Positions 46,262-56,428 of a DNA stretch of 64,000 nucleotides are shown piece after piece. How positions within the stretch are numbered: position 1 is the first letter of the stretch; the number at the start of each line of letters is the position of its first letter. A program made the translations under genes and the position numbers. The notes below the pieces were generated by a model that made no database searches, was not told where the DNA came from, and saw nothing but the letters and a program-made list of their open reading frames with translations. The stretch covers positions 1-64,000 of the forward strand of contig CAVQRZ010000022.1 in assembly GCA_963715335.1 (NCBI GenBank). Reading direction: 5' to 3'. Origin of the DNA: an uncultured delta proteobacterium (GTDB lineage: Bacteria; Desulfobacterota; Desulfuromonadia; Desulfuromonadales; BM103).

Positions 46262-46690
46262 TCAGTAGGTTACTTTGATGGCCGCAAGTTCTTCTATTGT
46301 CAAGTCTTTGAAGCGTTTGAGCGTCCAGCCACCGACCCAAGATTTAAACAGGGCGAGATTCTGTTGGCGCTCCTCTTCGTTATCTCCAAGGTGCTCATAC
46401 ATATTCCCAGGTTTTGTATCATCCAATCTGCGCATCAATGCACCAGTGTCTGGCCATCCAGTGAAATAGACCAAATATGTGTAACTATCCATGCGTGGGC
46501 CAACCCCTTCAGCAATCCATTTTTCCTTGTCAAGCTTGAAAGCTTTGTATTCAGGTGCTGATTCACCATGACATGCACTACATTGAGCATCAAAAATAGG
46601 CTTGATGTGCTCCCTGTAAGTGGCCTCTGAAGCATATGCAACTGAAGCGAACAAAACTGATACTGCAATGATGACTACAAGTTTCTTCAT
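46262..46690 (-). CDS. Small periplasmic monoheme cytochrome c
   Basis: Signal peptide (AYA|S), single CSACH, GGAGG RBS. Confidence 0.85.
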   Translation of the reverse strand: MKKLVVIIAVSVLFASVAYASEATYREHIKPIFDAQCSACHGESAPEYKAFKLDKEKWIAEGVGPRMDSYTYLVYFTGWPDTGALMRRLDDTKPGNMYEHLGDNEEERQQNLALFKSWVGGWTLKRFKDLTIEELAAIKVTY

Positions 46691-47044
46691 GTTTTTCCTC
46701 CTTGGAAATGAAATTCGTTATCATTTACATGAAGGTTGTTCTTACTGTCAATTTTTTTGTGATTAAATATCGCCCATTTAAATATGAAGACCTCAAAATA
46801 CGCCTAACACAATCCCCCTCAACACACCTCCGCCCCAGACATGCCCCGGAGACAAAACCCCGCCCCGGAGCATTCATAGCCTCCATTCGTGAGACCTAGA
46901 AATGAAGACAAATAGGAATTCCTAATGGCATGAACACTAAAGCCCTCAATCTAAGGATTTAAGTACTACAGAATGCAAGATGCTTAATAGGAAGGCCTAG
47001 CCAAGATTTGGTGGGCCGTTTTTTTGTTTTTGGTGTCTATACAT

Positions 47045-48013
47045 TCAGAAAGAATAGATCAGTTTCAAATCAATTGATACCGAATCCCAATTCACCTCAT
47101 TCAATCTTGTATATAAAACGGTGCCATCTGTAAGATAAACTCGTTCGTTGCCAGCATCAGTTTCCCAATCTTGGTATGTCCCCTGGAGACCTATTTGCCA
47201 GTTCTTAAATAATAAATAGTCTATATTGAGGTCTAAAAGGACACCAGAGCCATCCGCTTGGTGATCAAAGCTTCTGGGGTGCTGAAGATCTTCTCTCAGA
47301 TTCCAGTCTGCCACAGCACTGTAAGCAGCCCAGTGATACTCAATTTGAGATGAGACTTTTAATTTCTCCCCGATCAGAGATTCAAAAAATACTCCCAACC
47401 ATGGTCCCTTCCATTCAGTTTCATAACGGCTATCTAAACCTGGATATGAACCGATGGGAGGGTTTTCAATATAAGCGTCTGTCAATGTCAGGTTTTGCTC
47501 GTGGTAGGAATAGCCGATTAAAGGAACGATCGAGTATCGGGGATTATTGAAAGTTAGATTAGGGCCAAAGAAAAGAGATATGTCCAAGACGTCACCATCA
47601 TCAGACTTACTTGTTATCCTCGAGAACTGGTTAGTTCGATTATCTCCTGAATAATCTGAGTCTGTATTTTTACCATTAAATATTTGTCCATAATTAAATT
47701 TAAAACCCATAAAAAAACCCAGCGAATCGTAATCGTTTCTTGATACTTCAAGTTTTGTATCTAAACCAAGCTGCCAGATTTCTAAATCGTTCCATTTCAG
47801 TTCAGACAGAACGGTGGGGTTGTTGCCCTCGATATTTCCTGCCTTGTTCCAATCCAAGTCGTCATTTCGTAATCCTGTCGAAAAACCAATATCAACTCTT
47901 TTGATAAATAAAGGTGTCCTGTCATCTGCATAACTGATTGACAGGCAAGTCGATATTATAATGAATATCAATAAAATATTTCGTATTAAAAAATGGAGTA
48001 TTCTAAAGGTCAT
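47045..48013 (-). CDS. Omptin-like outer-membrane beta-barrel protein
   Basis: Signal peptide, VLSELKW.DL, G.NTDSDY, amphipathic strands, terminal YSF; visibly AT-rich. Confidence 0.7.
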   Translation of the reverse strand: MTFRILHFLIRNILLIFIIISTCLSISYADDRTPLFIKRVDIGFSTGLRNDDLDWNKAGNIEGNNPTVLSELKWNDLEIWQLGLDTKLEVSRNDYDSLGFFMGFKFNYGQIFNGKNTDSDYSGDNRTNQFSRITSKSDDGDVLDISLFFGPNLTFNNPRYSIVPLIGYSYHEQNLTLTDAYIENPPIGSYPGLDSRYETEWKGPWLGVFFESLIGEKLKVSSQIEYHWAAYSAVADWNLREDLQHPRSFDHQADGSGVLLDLNIDYLLFKNWQIGLQGTYQDWETDAGNERVYLTDGTVLYTRLNEVNWDSVSIDLKLIYSF

Positions 48014-48152
48014 GATTCAATATATATCCGACCGTGGGTTTTCAGAAATTACAGGAGAAAAACGCCCTGAGTGAGGAAGGCAATTAATAACATATTTGAG
48101 TTAAATATATAAGGGTCACATTAGAATTAATGTGAATTAAATCACAGAGATG

Positions 48153-48185
48153 AAAAAATGGCCCTTCCGCCCAGGAGGGGCCATT
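48153..48185 (-). terminator. Terminator downstream of the pseudogene pair
   Basis: AATGGCCCCTCC/GGAAGGGCCATT stem plus T-run on the minus strand. Confidence 0.65.
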
Positions 48186-48217
48186 CTAATATTGCTGGAT
48201 TTAAGGGATGTCCGGCC

Positions 48218-48379
48218 CTATAACTGAGCCAACAATCTTCCCTCCGGAATCGTGGTAGCACATCCGATTCGGTCCACCTTGTAACATCATCCAACTTAAA
48301 AGGTTTTACGAAAAATTTGCATCCCAGTTCCTCGACGGCCTCTCCATTGCTCATTTGAAGTATCGGCGCTCATTAAAGC
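48218..48379 (-). pseudogene. Frameshifted 3' remnant of a single-domain response regulator
   Basis: Joining across two frameshifts gives ALMSADTSNEQW / EAVEELGCKFFVKPFKLDDVTRW / CATTIPEGRLLAQL*, containing a receiver-type KPF motif; 5' half missing. Confidence 0.55.
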
Positions 48380-49116
48380 CTACGTGAGTAGAGCAGCACA
48401 GGAACCCTGACATCGGGGTAATAAGAGAGATCCGAGCCGAGCTCAACATAAGCCTCTTCCAGCTTTTTAAGTATCTCCTTGGACAGCTGAGCGGTCTGAT
48501 CATCATCGACAAACGCAAGATGAAAGTGACCGGTGACTTCTTTCTCCATCTGCTTCTCAATTTGCCACTCGCGATTTACTTTTTCCCTCAACACTGTGGC
48601 CTGTCCGCCTCCTCCCAGAGCTATCGACTTACTCAAGGCATCAAGAGCCTCTTGCATGCGGCCATCTGCATAGTTGGCCCTACCGAGCAATAGATAGGTT
48701 GTCGAATCTCTAGAATCTAGACCAAGAGCCTGATCGAGGATTGAGACTGCCTCTGCATAATGACCCGTCTTAAGGAGTACTATTGCTTCCCCCTTCCATA
48801 GGTGCAGATCATCGACATTGTATCGTCGCCCTTCTATAAAGGCATGACGTGCTGCAGAGAAGTCGCCGGCCTCGAGAAGCTGATATCCATTACCCAAATA
48901 TGCCGAAGCATGCAAATGAGAGATTCGCTCTGGATCGGGCATCAACTCTTCAAGCTCATCCAATAATTCGAGCGCTCTGGCATAATTCTGTTGATCCATG
49001 AAATCGATTACCAGGCTCACCTTCTGTTCCACCAGCGAGGCGGAAGCTGGCAATGGTTGCAAAAGAGTCAACAGCAAGAGCAGGAAGATTTGGATCAACA
49101 GACGACCGGGCTGCAC
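48373..49116 (-). pseudogene. TPR-repeat exported protein, apparently truncated at the start of a peptidase MA-like domain
   Basis: Signal peptide, TPR repeats, then HFHLAF...LEEAYVELGSDLSYYP..VPVLLYSRRL*, ending without an HExxH motif. Confidence 0.6.
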
Positions 49117-49563
49117 GTCTTTGCGAAGAACGTCGTCAAAATAATTAATTAGACAAACCATTGATAGAATTGACATCGTTTTACAGAAGTTGTTATGGAG
49201 GTATGTGATTGGAACAACACAAAATCCTAAAGGCAAAGATAAATATTACATCCAACATCAATATATTCACCTTAGAGCCTCAGTTTCAAGCTGAAAAATG
49301 ATAAATTAGACCATTATGGCTCGTAAAGAACTGGAAAGCATTACTATTTGTCACCATTTGCAGTAACGCATGGACAATCACCGGTCAGCATTCTTATATG
49401 TATTGTTGCAACTCATTCTTGGATCACCTAGGGATATTTAGTAAGCGGTGAGCGTATGCTTCCAGTTTTATAGACTTCCCCTGATCAGTCACAAAAAACC
49501 CCCCCTGCAATTTTCCGTGAGAGCTATTTCCTATATCTGAATATTCTGGTGTTTGAGTTCATT

Positions 49564-50286
49564 TTATTCAAGCTCGATTTTTACAACTCTTCGAAAGTAG
49601 GGGCATTGCCCTCTGGCACACTCACGATTTCTCGAAATATCCACGCAGTCTTGTTGCCCGACCGCTTGCGGAAAATTGATGCCGAGCTCCTCGGCGAAAA
49701 ACGCTCTCCCGGTCCTCACGGTTTTTCTCAGGGCGCGTTTGCAGCAACGTGCTTCATCATCGCCACAGTTCAACAAGGCCATGGCCGTTGCACGATGGGC
49801 CATACCGCGGGCCAACCCGGTCACAGGTGTTGCACCTGTGATCATGCTGACTGCAACCCCCATTGAAACGGCGCCGCCGCACGCTCCGTGATAGCCGCAG
49901 GTTCCGCCCGGTATCTGCATACTACGTCGAATCGTTTCCCCAATAAAGTCTCCCGGAAGTTCCACCCCGGCCCGCTCACTGGCCAGTAACAGGGCGAGTC
50001 CGGCCATGGCGTGATGTTCCGGTCCATGCATCGGCAGACCGGGCAGTCTGATCAACTCTTCGAGGATATCTTCCGGGGCGTGCGCCGTCGTTGTCCTTGC
50101 CAGTTCGGGAAGTCTTCTCAGGGCCCGATCGCTGTGACAGGCGTCACAGATGTAATGACCCGCCAGGCAGACAGTGGCACTCTTTTCCGGGCGGCCGCAT
50201 TGCTCGCACCTGACGTCTTCTACCCGTTCGCGATAGACGAGGGACTGTCCGCAAACCATGCAATCTTCAGCTTTATGTCCAGTCAT
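49564..50286 (-). CDS. Cys-rich DUF5714-like protein
   Basis: CMVCG, CEQCG, C..GHYICDACH, PMHGPEHH, GGTCGYHGACG, RCCKR; start placed at MTGHKAEDC. Confidence 0.78.
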   Translation of the reverse strand: MTGHKAEDCMVCGQSLVYRERVEDVRCEQCGRPEKSATVCLAGHYICDACHSDRALRRLPELARTTTAHAPEDILEELIRLPGLPMHGPEHHAMAGLALLLASERAGVELPGDFIGETIRRSMQIPGGTCGYHGACGGAVSMGVAVSMITGATPVTGLARGMAHRATAMALLNCGDDEARCCKRALRKTVRTGRAFFAEELGINFPQAVGQQDCVDISRNRECARGQCPYFRRVVKIELE

Positions 50287-50420
50287 GTAACGCTTGTTCC
50301 CGATCTGTATCAAGAGTAGTGCGCGGCCCTGTTGGGTACGCAACCGTGAAAGCCACCATAATTGCATTAAGAAAGCTTGCTGTTAGAATGTAAGAGCTTA
50401 TTAATGATGGAGGTGGCGTA

Positions 50421-51557
50421 ATGGAGCAGATCGTCTTCCGTGAAGACCCGCTGGCCAGGCTCGGTACTGCCTCAACCTATCAGGAACAGCTGGCGGTCGT
50501 CCATGAAGTATTGCAAAAACGCTGTCCGGGGATCGACCGGATCAGTATTGCCCTGTACGATATCAAGACGCACTCCCTGAAAACGTTCATCGCTTCTCCG
50601 ATTGAAGAAAGCCCGCTGAAAAATTACCAAGCCGTTCTGGCTAACGATTCGACGCTGAGCAAGGTCGGCCGCGATTCAACGCCACGGATCGTCAACGACT
50701 TGAGAATTTACGAGGATCATAACTCGGTCCACTCCCGTGCGCTGGTTGGCCATGGGTATGCGTCGAGTTACACTCATCCGATTTACTTCAACCGGGATTT
50801 GTCTGGTTTCGTGTTCTTCAACTCATTCCACAACCGGTATTTCCGGGAGCGTGTCCTGGAACAAGTGGAGGTCTTCGTTCACCTGATCTCGGAAATGATT
50901 ATGAACGATCTTGCGGCAACCCGGGCTCTCGTCGCCGCCATGCGCACATCGGTCGGCATGGTCCAGAAGCACGATCTGGAGACCGGCAGCCATCTGGAGC
51001 GAATGTCTCGTTATGCGCGCCTGATTGCCCGTAGCATGGTTAAAAATGGTGTTGAAATACTCGATGATGAACAGATCGAACAGATTACCTTGTTCTCTCC
51101 GCTACATGATGTCGGCAAGCTCGGTATCCCTGACAGCATTTTGCAGAAACCGGCCCGGCTCAGCAAAGAAGAGCGCCAGGTGATGAATTCTCACACCATG
51201 CTTGGGCGCCAGATTGTTGATGACCTGATCTGCAATTTTGGTTTCGAGCGTATCCCATATATCGATTATCTGCGAAATATCGCCGAACTGCATCACGAGG
51301 CAATGGATGGCAGCGGTTATCCGCACGGGCTGCGCGGTGAGGATATCACTGCCGAGGCGCGCATTATTGCCGTCAGTGATATCTTTGATGCTTTGACAAC
51401 CCACCGACCTTACAAGGAACCCTGGTCAAACGAACACGCTTTTGCCATGCTGCAAATGTTGTCCATTGACAAGCTTGACAAAGGCTGTGTCAGCGCCCTG
51501 GTTGACAACCCGGGCGAAGTTGCAAAGATTCAAGAGCAATTTGCCGAAGTTGCCTGA
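50421..51557 (+). CDS. GAF + HD-GYP domain cyclic-dinucleotide phosphodiesterase
   Basis: ETGSHLERMS, LHDVGK, HHEAMDGSGYP.GL, IAVSDIFDALT..RPYK. Confidence 0.92.
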   Translation: MEQIVFREDPLARLGTASTYQEQLAVVHEVLQKRCPGIDRISIALYDIKTHSLKTFIASPIEESPLKNYQAVLANDSTLSKVGRDSTPRIVNDLRIYEDHNSVHSRALVGHGYASSYTHPIYFNRDLSGFVFFNSFHNRYFRERVLEQVEVFVHLISEMIMNDLAATRALVAAMRTSVGMVQKHDLETGSHLERMSRYARLIARSMVKNGVEILDDEQIEQITLFSPLHDVGKLGIPDSILQKPARLSKEERQVMNSHTMLGRQIVDDLICNFGFERIPYIDYLRNIAELHHEAMDGSGYPHGLRGEDITAEARIIAVSDIFDALTTHRPYKEPWSNEHAFAMLQMLSIDKLDKGCVSALVDNPGEVAKIQEQFAEVA

Positions 51558-51574
51558 AGGACGGATCACGGCAT

Positions 51575-51610
51575 AAAAAAAGGCCAACTTCGCATAGAAG
51601 TTGGCCTTTT
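51575..51610. terminator. Bidirectional terminator
   Basis: AAAAGGCCAACTTC-gcata-GAAGTTGGCCTTTT between convergent genes. Confidence 0.85.
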
Positions 51611-51629
51611 CGTTGGTTTTTTTGTGCGA

Positions 51630-52037
51630 CTACATGCCTTTGGCCGTTGCAGCGAGATCCGTTGATGCAGTCATCTGTGCCGGTTCCGAACGCAGGGCAA
51701 AATCGTAGGTGTCCTTGAGCTTATTGGTGAAGATGGTTCCCAGCCAGAGTGGGCTCCAGACCACACCGGCAGCCAACCAGCGGCCGCGCGCTTCGGCATC
51801 AATTTCGTCGGTTACTACGACAAAATTGACCGGTTCAAAACCGTCCTTGGCGATTGTCACATCATGCTCGGCATTGCTGCTGAGCTTGTAATCGTAAGCG
51901 CACGGAGTGACACCAATCTCCTCACCGTCGATAAAGACCTTTGCGCCCGGCGGGGTTGAGACAAAAGCTGCCTGTTGGGCACAGGCGCTTGTGAAAATAG
52001 CCAGAAGGATAATGATGAACAGTCTTTGGTACATATT
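51630..52037 (-). CDS. PEGA domain lipoprotein
   Basis: TSAC lipobox; STPPGAKVFIDGEEIGVTP. Confidence 0.85.
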   Translation of the reverse strand, partial: NMYQRLFIIILLAIFTSACAQQAAFVSTPPGAKVFIDGEEIGVTPCAYDYKLSSNAEHDVTIAKDGFEPVNFVVVTDEIDAEARGRWLAAGVVWSPLWLGTIFTNKLKDTYDFALRSEPAQMTASTDLAATAKGM

Positions 52038-52086
52038 CAAGTCTTTCTCCCCCATACAGTTTAACAACGAATCTAGTTATGATTAC

Positions 52087-52103
52087 AGCAAACGATATGC
52101 CAA
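52087..52103 (-). promoter_or_regulatory. Putative sigma54 promoter of the PEGA lipoprotein gene
   Basis: TTGGCATATCGTTTGCT, near-consensus TGGCAY-N5-TTGC. Confidence 0.7.
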
Positions 52104-52559
52104 GACTTGGTGTTTCGCCTCATTCGCGTATTTAGACTGCAGATTACGACCATGGAGTTGCAAAGAAGAACCGTTATTACGAGGGTTTATACTACAGAAA
52201 AATTTCAATAGAATTTTCTAACGGTATAATTTAAAACGCTTTTTCATTTTATAATACCGTGTAATGGCTATGTGTGTTGTGATTTCGCCATAACCTATTG
52301 CAGTAAAATATCCACAGTTGACACAAAGATGGCTCACGGGCACAAAGATCTGGGTCTCGAGTCGTTTAAGGCTCCTGATCTTTTGTCGGATTTTACCTCC
52401 AGATGTGTCTGGCAGAGAAGCGAAGGTCATGTTACCATGCCACTCCATGAGCCTAACCTGTCAGGATTGCTAAGGTAACCAGCCAATAATTGATGCAATA
52501 GAACGGCCATCGATAATTTGAGATATTCAGAACTGACTGAGTATAAGGAGGAATGATCC

Positions 52560-53306
52560 ATGTCATGGTTTGGTAAGATTATGGGCGGTAGCGTCGGGTT
52601 CATGCTCGGCGGACCGATCGGCGCCCTGGTCGGCGCATCTCTGGGGCATGCCTTGATTGATGACAAGACCCGTTCCGGTCTCGCTGAATCTGGCAGATTG
52701 ACCGGACAAGAGCAGCGCCAGACGGTTTTCTTTACCGCGACTTTTGCCATGCTTGGCAAGATGGCCAAAGCTGATGGTCGGGTTTGCGAGAATGAGCTCA
52801 GCGTTGTGCGCAGCTTCATGCACGACAAGTTGCGGCTTGACGGCCCGGCCCAGCAATTCGCAATCAGTGTTTTCAACGAGGCCAAAGATAACAGCACTTC
52901 GTTCGAGGCGTACGCGCAGCAGTTCGGTCAAGTTTTTCATCGCGAACCGCAATTGCGCATGATGTTTTTCGAGATGCTCTTCACCATGGCGCTTGCGGAC
53001 GGGGTCCTGCATCCATCGGAAGAGAGAATCCTGCGTGCCGCGCCGGGACTTCTCGGTTTGCAAAGTGATGTTTTTGACACGGTTAAACGGCAGTTTGTCA
53101 ACGACCTCTCCCACCACTACGCAGTGCTTGGCCTGAAGAATGACGCAGAGATGGGTGAAGTAAAAAAAGCTTATCGCAAGCTGGTCAGCGAATATCACCC
53201 TGACAAGATTGTTTCCAAGGGCCTCCCTGAGGATTTTATCAAATTTGCGGAAGAGAAATTCCGCGAGATCAACCAGGCGTATGAGGCAATCCAGAAGAAG
53301 AAGTAA
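52560..53306 (+). CDS. djlA: DjlA-like co-chaperone (TerB-like + DnaJ domain)
   Basis: Gly-rich TM start WFGKIMGG..G, KMAKADGRV, J-domain with YHPDK. Confidence 0.9.
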   Translation: MSWFGKIMGGSVGFMLGGPIGALVGASLGHALIDDKTRSGLAESGRLTGQEQRQTVFFTATFAMLGKMAKADGRVCENELSVVRSFMHDKLRLDGPAQQFAISVFNEAKDNSTSFEAYAQQFGQVFHREPQLRMMFFEMLFTMALADGVLHPSEERILRAAPGLLGLQSDVFDTVKRQFVNDLSHHYAVLGLKNDAEMGEVKKAYRKLVSEYHPDKIVSKGLPEDFIKFAEEKFREINQAYEAIQKKK

Positions 53307-53340
53307 AAGCCGCCCTGTTCTCCTGGATCGAGTGATATTT

Positions 53341-53907
53341 ATGAGCTATGGCATTAGCAGAGAAGAAGCTTTGAAACTGGTCAGACAGCACGTCGGGTCG
53401 CCGAACATGTACAACCATTGCCTGGCCGCAGAAGCTGTAATGCGGACGCTGGCAGAGAAGGTCGGCGAGGACCCCGAGAAGTGGGGGCTTGCCGGATTGC
53501 TGCATGACCTGGATGCCGAGTCTCATACCGATCTGGATGTACATACCCGGGAGACGGCGCGGATTCTTCAGGAAAGAGGAGTCGATGCGGAAATAGTCGA
53601 TGCGGTTCGTCTGCATAACGAGCAGGCTCACCCGGGAGAAAAGCGTAGCACGCAGTTCCAGCATCTGCTGGCGGCAGGGGAAACGATTACCGGATTGATT
53701 GTTGCAACGGCCCTCGTTTATCCCGACAGGAAATTGAACAGCGTCAAGCCGAAGTCAGTTCGTAAAAGAATCAAAGAGAAAGCTTTTGCTGCCGGTGCCA
53801 ACCGCGAGATCATCCGCGAATGCGAGGTTGGCGGTATTCCTCTGGACGAGTTTTGCACCCTCTCACTGGAAGCGATGCAGGGGATTGCCGACGAACTGGG
53901 CTTGTAG
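53341..53907 (+). CDS. HD-domain phosphohydrolase (HDIG-type)
   Basis: NHCLAAE, GLLHDLD, ITGLIVATALVYP, KEKAFAAG. Confidence 0.88.
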   Translation: MSYGISREEALKLVRQHVGSPNMYNHCLAAEAVMRTLAEKVGEDPEKWGLAGLLHDLDAESHTDLDVHTRETARILQERGVDAEIVDAVRLHNEQAHPGEKRSTQFQHLLAAGETITGLIVATALVYPDRKLNSVKPKSVRKRIKEKAFAAGANREIIRECEVGGIPLDEFCTLSLEAMQGIADELGL

Positions 53908-54133
53908 GAGAGCCGCTGTCGGGTTATAACAGCGTGACCCGCAAGAAAAGCAGATCAGGGAGCGTTACCGGAAGCGAAACCTGTTGGCAACGGAAATGGA
54001 CATCCATGCTGTTATGAAGAGTCGCAGCTGCCCGGCTTTTTCAGTTGCCCTGAGACCTGCTTGGAAAAAGACCAACGCGCAACAGACATTGGATAAAAAC
54101 AAGCGGAAATAAATCCGAAAAGGAAATTTGTAG

Positions 54134-54862
54134 ATGCGTACATCAAACCCGATGATGAAGGAAAGTGTTTTCACGCAGGCGATAGCCGGTGCCGGAACAA
54201 TGACCCTGCAAGGAGCGGTGAACAAGACTATCGCCCTGCTGGCTCTGGTCGTGATCGGTGCCAGCTACACCTGGAACCTGTTTTACAACCAGGGACCCGA
54301 AGCTGTTCAGCCGTGGATGATAGGCGGCCTGATCGGGGGCTTTGTCTTCGCCATGATCACAATTTTCAAGGCGGACTGGGCGCCTAAAACGGCACCGGTA
54401 TATGCAGTTCTCGAGGGTCTTGCCCTCGGCGGCATTTCCGCGTTCTTTGAAACACGTTTCCCGGGGATTGTCATACAGGCTGTTGGCCTGACCTTCGGCA
54501 CCCTGTTCGCTCTGCTGTTCGCCTATAAGGCTCGCCTGATCAGGGCCACAGAGAACTTCAAACTGGGCGTTTTTGCCGCGACCGGCGGCATCGCTGTCGT
54601 CTACCTGATCAGTTTTGTCGGCCGCATGTTCGGTTGGCAGATGCCGGTGATTCATGAGTCCGGGCCAATGGGCATCCTGTTCAGCCTGTTTGTGGTCGTT
54701 GTGGCCGCGTTAAACCTGGTGCTCGATTTTGACTTCATCGAGCGTGGTGACGGTGTCGCGCCCCGTTACATGGAGTGGTACGCCGCTTTTGGCCTGATTC
54801 TGACGCTGGTCTGGTTATACCTGGAGCTGTTGAGGTTGTTGTCAAAATTGAAGGACAGGTAA
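54134..54862 (+). CDS. Bax inhibitor-1/YccA family membrane protein
   Basis: MRTSNP start, about 7 TM, NLVLDFDFIE, EWYAAFGL..TLVWLYLELLRLL. Confidence 0.9.
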   Translation: MRTSNPMMKESVFTQAIAGAGTMTLQGAVNKTIALLALVVIGASYTWNLFYNQGPEAVQPWMIGGLIGGFVFAMITIFKADWAPKTAPVYAVLEGLALGGISAFFETRFPGIVIQAVGLTFGTLFALLFAYKARLIRATENFKLGVFAATGGIAVVYLISFVGRMFGWQMPVIHESGPMGILFSLFVVVVAALNLVLDFDFIERGDGVAPRYMEWYAAFGLILTLVWLYLELLRLLSKLKDR

Positions 54863-54887
54863 TCACTGCAGCGGTTGCGTGACAGAC

Positions 54888-54916
54888 AAAGGGCCGGAGT
54901 CTTCTCCGGCCCTTTT
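54888..54916. terminator. Terminator between convergent genes
   Basis: AAAGGGCCGGAG-tctt-CTCCGGCCCTTTT. Confidence 0.8.
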
Positions 54917-54956
54917 CAGGTGGTGTGAAAAAATGCTTTTTGACAGAGCCTGTTGC

Positions 54957-55187
54957 TCAGTGAATCGTCGAAGCCATCGCCTCAACTTCATTCTCCAGCA
55001 TGCGCCGCGCATGCTCGGTAAATGACGATCCCATCAAGGTAACAAATTCACTGGAATCCACTATTGCAAAGCGCTGTGCAAGGGGGATTTTGCTCCAGAG
55101 TTCAGTGTTCTCCAGAAGTGCCACGATCTGCTGGCGCTCAAAGATCAGTGACTGCAGGTTAGTAATATCGATGAATATCTTTTCCAT
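54957..55187 (-). CDS. Small hypothetical protein (76 aa)
   Basis: MEKIFIDITNLQ... after an AAGGGGG RBS; fills the gap between the terminator and a candidate promoter. Confidence 0.6.
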   Translation of the reverse strand: MEKIFIDITNLQSLIFERQQIVALLENTELWSKIPLAQRFAIVDSSEFVTLMGSSFTEHARRMLENEVEAMASTIH

Positions 55188-55262
55188 GACAACCCCCTTG
55201 CTTGTCTGGTCTGGCGGTAAATCCGGCCGGGGCAAAGATTCTTTACCCGTACTGGCTTTAAT

Positions 55263-55279
55263 AGCAAAAGCTGTTCCCA
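55263..55279 (-). promoter_or_regulatory. Possible sigma54 promoter of the small hypothetical gene
   Basis: TGGGAACAGCTTTTGCT with GG-N10-GC spacing. Confidence 0.4.
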
Positions 55280-55546
55280 ACCAGAGGCCTCCTGGAATTT
55301 TTTTTTGAAGATAGATAAAAAACCTTTGTTTTCAGTAATCTTAAAGATTGTATTGATGGCGATGTCACCCTCAGGGATGAGCCTTTAACCCAGATCGGTT
55401 ACATTTTTTGCCAGAAAATTGCGCAAATAGTGCATGATCCGTTGTTGTTGACAATTAATTGTTGCCGTGCCAACAGACGCTTAATGTGAGGGCCAAAGAA
55501 AAAGGCCGAAGGCTTTGCGCGGCAAGAAGTTTGGGTGCACTGCTCT

Positions 55547-56374
55547 TCAGTGGAGATATTCCTCAACCCCTGTCAACCCCTCAAGGGCTCCACAGGGCAG
55601 TGAGATATGTCCGCCTGAAATATGTGCTTCCCGCGGGTTGATGCGTATGACCGTGGCGCCGAAACGTTGTCCAATCCTTTCACTCATGTAGCGGATCGTT
55701 GGGATCGCTGTACCGGCGCCCATCTCGATAACCACGATCGGCTCATTCTGGTGCTGGGCGAGGAAGCTGTCAAAGCGCATTTCCTGTCCGCGGGTCCGGT
55801 CGGAAAGCCAGGAATAATCGCCGAACATCAGGATGTTGGGACGCGCCGGCTGGCTGCAATTGCGGCATCCCGGAACATGTTGGGCACGCATCGAATCAAG
55901 GTCCACAGGAATCGTTTCGTCATTGTCCCAGATATCGTTGCCGCAAGGCGAAAGACACTGCAGGTGATGGATTGAGCCATGGACCTCGAGGAGCTGGTCT
56001 TCGCGGTAGCCTGCTTTCTGGAACTGTCCATCGACATTGGAGGTGACGACGAAGCTGTCCTGACCGAACTCGTCGGACCAGCCCTGCAACATATGGAAGC
56101 CACGATGCGGCTCCGTTCCCCGGTAGAGGTTGGTCCGATGACCGTAGAACCCCCAACCAAAGGCCGGGTCGCCTTCGAAGTTGGCCGGATTGGCGGCGCC
56201 GACGAAGTTGATGCCGAGCCGCTCGTACATCGGGTAGGCATTCCAGAACCCCTGGTCACCGCGGAAATCAGGCAGCCCTGAATCCACTCCCATGCCCGCC
56301 CCGGCGGTGACGACCATGGCTTTGGCGCGCTTGATGGCTCCGGCGGCTTTTGCGAAACGTTCAGAAAGGTTCAT
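55547..56374 (-). CDS. Sir2-family NAD-dependent deacylase
   Basis: AGAGMGVDSGLPDFRG, TSNVDGQF, EVHGS, Zn-binding Cys pairs, RPNILMF. Confidence 0.92.
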   Translation of the reverse strand: MNLSERFAKAAGAIKRAKAMVVTAGAGMGVDSGLPDFRGDQGFWNAYPMYERLGINFVGAANPANFEGDPAFGWGFYGHRTNLYRGTEPHRGFHMLQGWSDEFGQDSFVVTSNVDGQFQKAGYREDQLLEVHGSIHHLQCLSPCGNDIWDNDETIPVDLDSMRAQHVPGCRNCSQPARPNILMFGDYSWLSDRTRGQEMRFDSFLAQHQNEPIVVIEMGAGTAIPTIRYMSERIGQRFGATVIRINPREAHISGGHISLPCGALEGLTGVEEYLH

Positions 56375-56428
56375 GATCTTCTCCGTCGATGAATTGCGCA
56401 GTGTGAATGGTGAAACACTCGTATGGTT

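Noticed and set aside
46830..46875. Three short GCCCC(G)GAG/AGAC-like copies
   Set aside because: Too short and irregular to support a repeat or operator call
55547..56374. Sir2 as an anti-phage defence gene
   Set aside because: Typical Zn-binding deacylase architecture among housekeeping genes, with no defence partners
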